A model generated the notes under the pieces. The model had not been told where the DNA came from. It searched no databases and saw only the letters and a program-made list of their open reading frames with translations. From positions 1 to 55,717 of the forward strand of contig JAPLWV010000026.1 in the NCBI GenBank assembly GCA_026396385.1: a stretch of 55,717 nt of DNA. The letters are read 5' to 3'. Position numbers and translations under genes: made by a program. Positions 1-5,956 of this stretch are shown piece after piece (the first letter of the stretch is position 1; each line of letters begins with the position of its first letter). Source of the DNA: Candidatus Micrarchaeota archaeon. GTDB lineage: Archaea > Micrarchaeota > Micrarchaeia > Burarchaeales > Fermentimicrarchaeaceae.

Positions 1-116
1 GCAAGGTAATATGCACAGGCTGCAAGAATGAGGGAGAAGTGAAGTATGCCCTGGAGCGGGCGATAAAGCTACTGGCTTCCCATGCAAAACCTCTGCCAGT
101 CCCCAAGAAGGGATAG
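1..116 (+). CDS. 3' end of a TATA-box-binding protein (TBP) repeat gene, truncated by the window edge
   Basis: Frame 3 reads ..KVICTGCKNEGEVKYALERAIKLLASHAKPLPVPKKG*. Positions 1-110 match 1718-1827 (tail of the solo TBP-repeat gene) with only 3 substitutions. Confidence 0.7.
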   Translation, partial: KVICTGCKNEGEVKYALERAIKLLASHAKPLPVPKKG

Positions 117-124
117 CCCCATGT

Positions 125-141
125 AAAGCAATCTTAATATA
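125..141 (+). promoter_or_regulatory. Motif A copy 1 (AAAGCAATCTTAATATA), orphan: no obvious downstream + strand gene
   Basis: Sequence identical to the copy at 5917-5933. It lies just after the TBP-fragment stop and faces the 3' end of the M23 gene. Confidence 0.5.
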
Positions 142-162
142 CTCACTATACAAGTATCTAAT

Positions 163-186
163 AGAGTGAGTGCAAGAGTGAGTGCA
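163..186. repeat. Perfect 12-nt tandem duplication AGAGTGAGTGCA x2
   Basis: Read directly. Located about 25-30 nt downstream of the TA-rich part of motif A copy 1. Confidence 0.9.
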
Positions 187-218
187 TGCTGGATGATTTT
201 GGAAGAAAGAAAAGTATA

Positions 219-1265
219 TCATTTTTGTTCTGCGTTAAAAATGTCATTTCTTACAAAAGTTTTTCCATTGAAAGCAATTGGAATTCCTTCTCCCAACCTA
301 TTTTCTGCATGAATGTGCAGATGCGGTCCGGTTGTTCTTCCTGAGTTGCCTATTTTTCCCAGAGGCTGTCCAGTTGTAACCAACTCTCCTTCAAGAACAA
401 GCAAACTCCCTTTTTTAAAATGAATAAGACTAACTCTCGCCCCCGAACAATCCAAAATAACATGATTCCCGCCAGGTTCTTTTTCATTTCTTTGCATAAT
501 TGGCATATCCTCTGAAAGATTATTTGTCTCAAAAACAATTCCACTGCACGGCGCATAAACTGTTTCATCAAAAATATAATAATCAGACAAATTGCTTGAA
601 AAGAATCCTTTTCCCATAAATCCAAGAGAATCTATTTTAATTATGTCATACGCATATTTCTGTGATTTAGATTCATGATGACTATTTAATGCAGCATTGC
701 TTCCTGCTTCCGCAAAAAAATATTGCCCCCCTTTCAAAGGAAACTCAAGTTGTACTGCCTCCACAGGATAGAACTGCGCGTTAAAGCAAGTAATAGCGGT
801 AAGCAAAAACAAAACTGCCATTATTAGTAAACAAGCATAATAAAAATAATCTTTGATTCCAAGTTTCTTAAATAAAGGAAGTTTTTTTGCATTTCTTGGA
901 AGTTTTGTCTTTAATTGGATCATCCATACTTTTTGAAAAGAATAAATACTGGCAATCAAAAACACTATTGGAAAAAAGTATCTTAAATAATAATTGATTC
1001 CAGCCCAAGGAAGTAAAAAATAAACCCAGATAATGGATGAAGCACTAAAAATAAAACGCACAATCCAATCAACTTTTGATTCATTTTTACCGACAATTTG
1101 CCACAGAATAAGCAAAAGTGGAAAAACCAGTGAAAACAAATAGAATGGAGCAAGTTCAGATATTGCAGTAAAATCCATATAGGCTAATAACTCTAAAAAC
1201 GTATAAAAGATTATGCCTTTTCCGATATTTAAGCTTTTTATTCTACGTAAGCCAGCGGCGTGCAC
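219..1265 (-). CDS. Multi-pass membrane protein with a C-terminal M23/LytM-family metallopeptidase domain
   Basis: 348-aa ORF. The N-terminal two-thirds is strongly hydrophobic. The C-terminus carries the M23 signature GQPLGKIGNSGRTTGPHLHIHAE. Very AT-rich. GTG start per the ORF track; an internal ATG at 1178 is possible. Confidence 0.75.
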   Translation of the reverse strand: MHAAGLRRIKSLNIGKGIIFYTFLELLAYMDFTAISELAPFYLFSLVFPLLLILWQIVGKNESKVDWIVRFIFSASSIIWVYFLLPWAGINYYLRYFFPIVFLIASIYSFQKVWMIQLKTKLPRNAKKLPLFKKLGIKDYFYYACLLIMAVLFLLTAITCFNAQFYPVEAVQLEFPLKGGQYFFAEAGSNAALNSHHESKSQKYAYDIIKIDSLGFMGKGFFSSNLSDYYIFDETVYAPCSGIVFETNNLSEDMPIMQRNEKEPGGNHVILDCSGARVSLIHFKKGSLLVLEGELVTTGQPLGKIGNSGRTTGPHLHIHAENRLGEGIPIAFNGKTFVRNDIFNAEQK

Positions 1266-1278
1266 CTCTCTTCAAGCC

Positions 1279-1295
1279 AAAGCAATCTTAGAATA
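1279..1295 (+). promoter_or_regulatory. Motif A copy 2 (AAAGCAATCTTAGAATA, preceded by CAAGCC)
   Basis: Conserved word AAGCCAAAGCAATCTTA in the 259-bp divergent intergenic region. Confidence 0.45.
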
Positions 1296-1452
1296 GGCCT
1301 TGCCTCTTTCTATCTTTTCCCGTTTTTCTCAGTTTCTTGTGTTGTAAGTTTTGATATGGCTTGCCAAATCTTTGTGCCTGTGTTTTGGTCATAAAACCAT
1401 CTATCAATAGTTGCTGAAAGAGGTATATTAACATTTTGGGGCAAATGAAGCC

Positions 1453-1469
1453 AAAGCAATCTTAAAATT
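1453..1469 (+). promoter_or_regulatory. Motif A copy 3 (ATGAAGCCAAAGCAATCTTAAAATT), putative promoter of the solo TBP-repeat gene
   Basis: TA-rich box about 55-60 nt upstream of the TTG start at 1525. Confidence 0.5.
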
Positions 1470-1524
1470 AGTCCATTAAAGGCTTGGTTATAAAGGAGTA
1501 GAGGAATAGAATATAGGTGTTTCA

Positions 1525-1830
1525 TTGACAAAGAAACTCACAATTGACTCAGCGTTCAAGATAGAGAACATAGTAGCTTCAGCCAATTTGGGAGTGGAGC
1601 TTGACCTTTATACCATTGCCAGCAAAATCAGGAACATAGAGTATGAGCCAGAGCAGTTCCCAGGGGCAATTCTTAAGCTGAAAGAACCAAAGGCATCTCT
1701 TCTGCTCTTCAAGAACGGCAAGGTAATATGCACAGGCTGCAAGAATGAGAGAGAAGTGAAGTATGCCCTGGAGCGGGCGATAAAGCTTCTGGCTTCCTAT
1801 GCAAAACCTCTGCCAGTCCCCAAGAAGTGA
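1525..1830 (+). CDS. Single-repeat (half) TATA-box-binding protein homolog
   Basis: The 101-aa ORF aligns along its length to one TBP repeat: KIENIVASANLGVELDL..EYEPEQFPGAILKLKEPKASLLLFKNGKVICTGCK..ALERAIKLL. Both Phe positions (EQFPG, LLLF) are retained. A canonical TBP has two such repeats (~180 aa). Confidence 0.8.
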   Translation: MTKKLTIDSAFKIENIVASANLGVELDLYTIASKIRNIEYEPEQFPGAILKLKEPKASLLLFKNGKVICTGCKNEREVKYALERAIKLLASYAKPLPVPKK

Positions 1831-1834
1831 GCAG

Positions 1835-2266
1835 ATGACAATAATCGGGAACAAAAGCAAATTGGCAAACTCGGAGATATGCCAAAGATGTGCCAAGTGT
1901 TGCAAGGAATATACTCTATACGATACTTTAGACTCCGCACTTAGGTTTAGATGGATGCTCGATAATACAATTATCACAGAGATCACAGAGGACACGCCTT
2001 TTACATTTGGGGATGGACTCGACATGAAGCAGATAACATTCAAAAAAGAGTGTGCTAAACTATATATGAAAGACGGAAAATATTACTGCTCGGTTTGGGA
2101 TAAGGAAAGACCTGATTTCTGTGCTATCGGCCCAGATAACTTATTTAGAGGAGTAGAAAAATGGAACAGGGAAAAGATACAGAAGATAATAGACTTTGAA
2201 AAAAAGGACTGCCCAATTTTTGAAACGATAACTGTTGATGAGGTAATTAAAAAATTGTGGAAGTGA
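1835..2266 (+). CDS. YkgJ/UPF0153-like cysteine-cluster (CxxCxxCC) zinc/iron-chelating protein
   Basis: ATG at 1835, 5 nt after the TBP-repeat stop (operon-like). CQRCAKCCK matches the CxxCxxCC signature, and more Cys residues follow downstream. The ORF-track start at 1799 overlaps the upstream gene and is less likely. Confidence 0.55.
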   Translation: MTIIGNKSKLANSEICQRCAKCCKEYTLYDTLDSALRFRWMLDNTIITEITEDTPFTFGDGLDMKQITFKKECAKLYMKDGKYYCSVWDKERPDFCAIGPDNLFRGVEKWNREKIQKIIDFEKKDCPIFETITVDEVIKKLWK

Positions 2267-2329
2267 AATCATGACGAAACAAAAAGATGAATTAACAAAA
2301 AAAGAAGTTAAAAAATAGAGGTGGTATAA

Positions 2330-2452
2330 ATGAAAGCTCCAACAGGTTGCATTTATAAGCGGGAAAAGAAGCGGAGGGCTAGGTATAAGGCATTTATTCT
2401 TCCTGACGGAACGGTTGGAACTAGAAAGATAAAAAAGGTGGTCTGTTATTAA
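2330..2452 (+). CDS. Small basic protein (40 aa), hypothetical
   Basis: MKAPTGCIYKREKKRRARYKAFILPDGTVGTRKIKKVVCY. Preceded by a strong Shine-Dalgarno-like GAGGTGG 6 nt upstream. Below the ORF-track length cutoff. Confidence 0.35.
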   Translation: MKAPTGCIYKREKKRRARYKAFILPDGTVGTRKIKKVVCY

Positions 2453-2565
2453 AGAGTGCATTAAGGTTCTTGACTATTTCAGTTCAAAGCTACAGCTGGG
2501 CATTAACATTTCAGTTCAGGATGCCAAGGACGAGAAGCTGTTTTTGAGTTCAGATTCCAACTTCC

Positions 2566-2582
2566 GAAGCAATCTTAATATA
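2566..2582 (+). promoter_or_regulatory. Motif A copy 4 (GAAGCAATCTTAATATA)
   Basis: The stretch AAGCAATCTTAATATACTCA is identical to copy 1. It lies 25 nt upstream of a motif B copy. Confidence 0.5.
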
Positions 2583-2606
2583 CTCATTAACAGATTCGTC
2601 CTGCTG

Positions 2607-2632
2607 TTTTAAATATTCAAAATGAGCAATTT
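2607..2632 (+). promoter_or_regulatory. Motif B copy (TTTTAAATATTCAAAATGAGCAATTT): TATA box plus conserved downstream block
   Basis: Same cassette as seven other copies. Here the motif-internal ATG (2622) is in frame with the MVEEK start at 2646. Confidence 0.6.
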
Positions 2633-4739
2633 AATAGGCGAACTTATGGTAGAGGAGAAAAATAAGAAACCGCCTGTGACAACGGTCGACTCTAAGGAGA
2701 TACAAAAAGAAGTTGCAAAGCTGCCTATCCAAATGGGGCCAAAGGAGAAAAGTATAAAACAGGAAATCCCGGAGCCTAGGATAAAGGACGTTAAGGGACT
2801 CTCTCAAGAAACAAGGGAACTTTACGAGTCAGTATTAGAAAAAATAAAGCTTGAAAAAAATGATAAGAACATCCTCCTTCTCGATAAATTGGCTGAAGCA
2901 TCACGCGAAGCAGGCTTCAACCAGCATGGCCTATTCAAGAATGCACTTCCAGAACTGACAGGAGTGATAAATAATACTGAAGATTTGAAAGAAATTGCGA
3001 AACTTGGAGAGGCGGCATGCAAGGCGGGTATTAATCCATCTGAAATATTCACATATGCACTGCCTGCACTGGCAGGAATTATAAGGAATTCAGAAGATTT
3101 GAAAGAAATTGTCAAGTTAGGAGAGGCAGCATATGAAGCAGGCTTCGATGCGCGTAAACTATTCAAATATGGACTGCCTCCACTGGCAGAAGCAGGGCTG
3201 ATAAAGAATAGTGACTATTTGAAGGAAATTGTAAGACTTGGGGAGGTGTCATACAAAGCAGACTTCGATCCATGCAGTCTATTCGAACATGCGCTTCCGT
3301 TAATGGCAGAAGCAGGGCTGATAAGGAATACAGAAGATTTGAAAGAAATTGTGAAATTGAGAGAGGCGGCATGCAAAGCAGGCTTCCATCAATCTGACAT
3401 ATTCAGATATGCGCTCCCTGCAATGGCAAAAGCAGGGCTGATAGAGAATACGGAAGACTTGAGGGAAGTTGTGAAATTGGGGAAGGCGTCATACGAAGCA
3501 GGCTTCGATCCATCCGACATATTCACAAATGCGCTTCCGGCAATGTTAGAAGCAGGGCTGATAGAGAATACGGAGGATTTGAAAGAACTTGTAAGGCTGG
3601 GAGAAGTATCATATGAAGCAGGCTTCAATCCATCTGACATATTCAAATATGCGCTTCCGGAAATGGTGGGGGCAGGGCTGATAGAGAGTATGGAAGATTT
3701 GAAAGAAATTGTGAAATTGGGGGAGGCAGCATGCAAAGCAAGCATCAATCCATGTAGTATATTCGAACATACACTGCCTGCGCTGGCAGAAGCAGGAAAG
3801 ATAGAGAATACAGAGGATATGAAGATTATGGGGTATGAGCTGGTAAAGCTCGGGGAGGCGGCACGCAAAGCAGGCTTCAATCCATCTTCCTTATTTGAGC
3901 ACGTGCTACCTGCACTGGCAAAGGCGGGAATCATAAAGGATAAAGAATATTTGAAGGAAATTGTAAGACTTGGGGAAGTATCATACGAAGCAGGCTTCGA
4001 TCCATATCAGGTATTCAAATATGCGCTCCCTGCAATGGCAGAAGCAGGGCTGATAAAGAATACAGAAGATTTGAAAGAAATTGTGAAATTGAGAGAGGCG
4101 GCATGCAAAGCAGACTTCAATCCGTCTCACCTATTTGAACATGCACTGCCTGCACTGGCAGAGGCAGTAAAGATAGAAAATACGGAGGATATGGGAGTTA
4201 TAGGAAATGAACTGGTAAAGCTTGGGGAGGCGGCACGCAAAGCAGGCTTCAATCCATCTCCACTATTCGAGTACGTAGTACCCGCATTGGCGAGAGGAAG
4301 AGTTGTAAAGAATAGTGAATATCTGAAGGAAGTTGTGAAGCTGGGGGAGGCAGCATACGAGGCGGGCATAGATCCAACTAAACTATTCGAGTATGCGCTT
4401 CCTCCACTGGGAGGAATGATAGATAATATTGAAGATTTGAAAGAGATTGTGAAGCTGGGAGAGGCGGCATGCAAAGCAGACTTCAATCCATCCCCGATAT
4501 TTGAATATGCAGTACCCGCATTGGCGAGAGCAGGGCTGGTGGATAATATTGACTATTTGAAAGAACTTGTGAAACTGGGGGAGGCAGCATATGAAGCAGG
4601 TATCAATCCATATAAGCTGTTTAGATATACGCTCCCGGCAATGGCAAGGGCAGGAAAGATAGATAATACAGAAGAACTGAGAGTTAGAGGGGATGAACTG
4701 ATAAAGCGGGAAGCATCACGCAATGGATCGAATCAATGA
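2622..4739 (+). CDS. Tandem-repeat protein: about 15 copies of a ~38-47-aa predicted helical repeat, function unknown
   Basis: Repeat consensus (D/Y)LKEIVKLGEAA(C/Y)(K/E)AGFNPSxxFxYALPA(L/M)AEAGLIxNTE. Substitutions cluster at a few positions. The start may be ATG 2646 (MVEEKNKK) if transcription begins downstream of the motif B TATA. Confidence 0.85.
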   Translation: MSNLIGELMVEEKNKKPPVTTVDSKEIQKEVAKLPIQMGPKEKSIKQEIPEPRIKDVKGLSQETRELYESVLEKIKLEKNDKNILLLDKLAEASREAGFNQHGLFKNALPELTGVINNTEDLKEIAKLGEAACKAGINPSEIFTYALPALAGIIRNSEDLKEIVKLGEAAYEAGFDARKLFKYGLPPLAEAGLIKNSDYLKEIVRLGEVSYKADFDPCSLFEHALPLMAEAGLIRNTEDLKEIVKLREAACKAGFHQSDIFRYALPAMAKAGLIENTEDLREVVKLGKASYEAGFDPSDIFTNALPAMLEAGLIENTEDLKELVRLGEVSYEAGFNPSDIFKYALPEMVGAGLIESMEDLKEIVKLGEAACKASINPCSIFEHTLPALAEAGKIENTEDMKIMGYELVKLGEAARKAGFNPSSLFEHVLPALAKAGIIKDKEYLKEIVRLGEVSYEAGFDPYQVFKYALPAMAEAGLIKNTEDLKEIVKLREAACKADFNPSHLFEHALPALAEAVKIENTEDMGVIGNELVKLGEAARKAGFNPSPLFEYVVPALARGRVVKNSEYLKEVVKLGEAAYEAGIDPTKLFEYALPPLGGMIDNIEDLKEIVKLGEAACKADFNPSPIFEYAVPALARAGLVDNIDYLKELVKLGEAAYEAGINPYKLFRYTLPAMARAGKIDNTEELRVRGDELIKREASRNGSNQ
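2877..4700 (+). repeat. In-frame ~114-141-bp tandem DNA repeats within the repeat-protein gene, with a higher-order ~3-unit duplication
   Basis: Recurring gaagatttgaaagaaattgtgaa..ggagaggcggcatgcaaagcaggcttcaatcc blocks. The units containing TEDMKIMGYELVKLGEAARKAGFNPS and TEDMGVIGNELVKLGEAARKAGFNPS indicate duplication of a multi-repeat block. Confidence 0.85.
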
Positions 4740-4785
4740 TTTAATCCTGCAACACCGGAACTGACAGACCCAGTAGCATGAAGCC

Positions 4786-4802
4786 AAAGCAAGCTTAAAT
4801 AT
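4786..4802 (+). promoter_or_regulatory. Motif A copy 5 (ATGAAGCCAAAGCAAGCTTAAATAT)
   Basis: About 30 nt upstream of ATG 4824. Confidence 0.5.
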
Positions 4803-4823
4803 CGGAAAAGGCATAATTTAATC

Positions 4824-5888
4824 ATGCTCAAGACAAGAGAGTATCAAGGACTGCCTGAAGCCGGGAATAAAGTGCAGGCGGAATTCCTGAAGGCTGCAGA
4901 AACCACACGCAGGATAGAGGAGTTTTCCAGGCACGTGGGTTCGGAAGAAATAATCAAAAGGGTACACGACAAACACGGCAGATTCATATTCCTAGACAAA
5001 GAAACTGTTTCAAAACTGCAGCTGAGAGCAAAGATGTCGTGCAAATGGGAAGAGGCGGGAGACTCCATTATGATGACTCCTCTGGAGAAAGCAGCAATTC
5101 AAGCGAAAATAATATTCAACCCTTCTAGCAATTCATTCATGGCAGTGCTTCCTAAGGGCATGCAGCCTGCGCAGCAATTCAAAGCCGGGGATGACGTGGA
5201 GTGGAGCTATGAGGGAAGGAGCCGGCTCTCGCTGGAAAAAGTGCTCTATCCTGGTATAATTCCCATCGTAACACTTAGCAGCGGCGGAAAGCACGGGACA
5301 GTCAGCCTACCTAAAAATATGGCTCTTGCGCTGGGGCTTGGGGGAAAGAAGCTGTGCGAATGGAATGAAGAGGGGAATTGCCTGATAATAACTCCTCTGG
5401 AGTTCAAAAAAAAGGACCAGCTCGTATCAAAAATTACGGAAAATCACAAAAGAGTGAGGTTGTATATACCTAGAGCAGTACAGGGAGCCGTCCGGGAAGG
5501 CGATGAAGTCATCATCAAGGGCATGGGGGACGGGAAGCTCTACATGTGGCGAATGGAAGACTTTCCCGGAGAGACTGGAGACAAGCTGCGCAACATCACA
5601 AAGATAAGGGGTTATGGCAGCGACAGCCTGCAAGCAACCATTACAAATTCAATGGCAAAGGAACTGAAAATCGAGAATGGGATGCACGGAGTCTGGACTC
5701 TTCATAAGGGGGAGCTATGGCTTGAGCTGACGCATGAGAACCCGCATATTACCGCAGTGATAGAGGAGAGGACGCCCAAGCACATATTCAGCATCTACCT
5801 ACCAGATGATATCGGCAAATCCCTCAAGGAGGGAGACAGGATTACCCTGGAAGTGTGGTACGGGAAGCTTTACATCCAGAAGAAGTAA
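4824..5888 (+). CDS. Protein built from about six tandem AbrB/SpoVT-like (swapped-hairpin) modules
   Basis: Six ~45-55-aa modules match the AbrB/MazE pattern (x-hhh-LPKxhxxxLxhxxGDxhxhxxxxGxhhhxP): GRFIFLDKETVSKLQL.., FMAVLPKGMQPAQQFKAGDDVEW.., GTVSLPKNMALALGLGGKKLCEW..CLIITPLE, VRLYIPRAVQGAVREGDEVIIKGMGDGKLYMWRME, LQATITNSMAKELKIENGMHGVW..LWLELT, FSIYLPDDIGKSLKEGDRITLEVWYGKLYIQK. Confidence 0.55.
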   Translation: MLKTREYQGLPEAGNKVQAEFLKAAETTRRIEEFSRHVGSEEIIKRVHDKHGRFIFLDKETVSKLQLRAKMSCKWEEAGDSIMMTPLEKAAIQAKIIFNPSSNSFMAVLPKGMQPAQQFKAGDDVEWSYEGRSRLSLEKVLYPGIIPIVTLSSGGKHGTVSLPKNMALALGLGGKKLCEWNEEGNCLIITPLEFKKKDQLVSKITENHKRVRLYIPRAVQGAVREGDEVIIKGMGDGKLYMWRMEDFPGETGDKLRNITKIRGYGSDSLQATITNSMAKELKIENGMHGVWTLHKGELWLELTHENPHITAVIEERTPKHIFSIYLPDDIGKSLKEGDRITLEVWYGKLYIQKK

Positions 5889-5916
5889 GCGGCAAGGCTT
5901 GATGTAAAATGAACCC

Positions 5917-5933
5917 AAAGCAATCTTAATATA
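5917..5933 (+). promoter_or_regulatory. Motif A copy 6 (ATGAACCCAAAGCAATCTTAATATA)
   Basis: About 30 nt upstream of the start at 5957. Confidence 0.5.
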
Positions 5934-5956
5934 TCTCCGAACATCAAGTATGACTG

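Noticed and set aside
1310-1531. 73-aa minus-strand ORF in the M23 / TBP-repeat intergenic region
   Set aside because: It covers the motif A copy at 1453-1469 and overlaps the TBP-repeat start. It has no recognisable domain, and the region is more plausibly a divergent promoter region.
2822-4486. Minus-strand ORFs (114, 69, 181 and 119 aa) within the tandem-repeat gene; likewise the + strand ORFs at 14278-15063 inside the beta-helix gene
   Set aside because: They are periodic mirror images of the repeat units (repetitive Ser/Ala/Pro-rich translations). The sense frames are uninterrupted over 705 and 272 codons and start at a conserved promoter cassette.
2877-4700. Considered whether the ~114-120-bp periodic repeats could be a CRISPR array or satellite
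   Set aside because: The period is too long and has no unique spacer-like segments. The repeats are in frame within one continuous ORF, with variation at specific codons. No CRISPR-like array was seen anywhere in the window.
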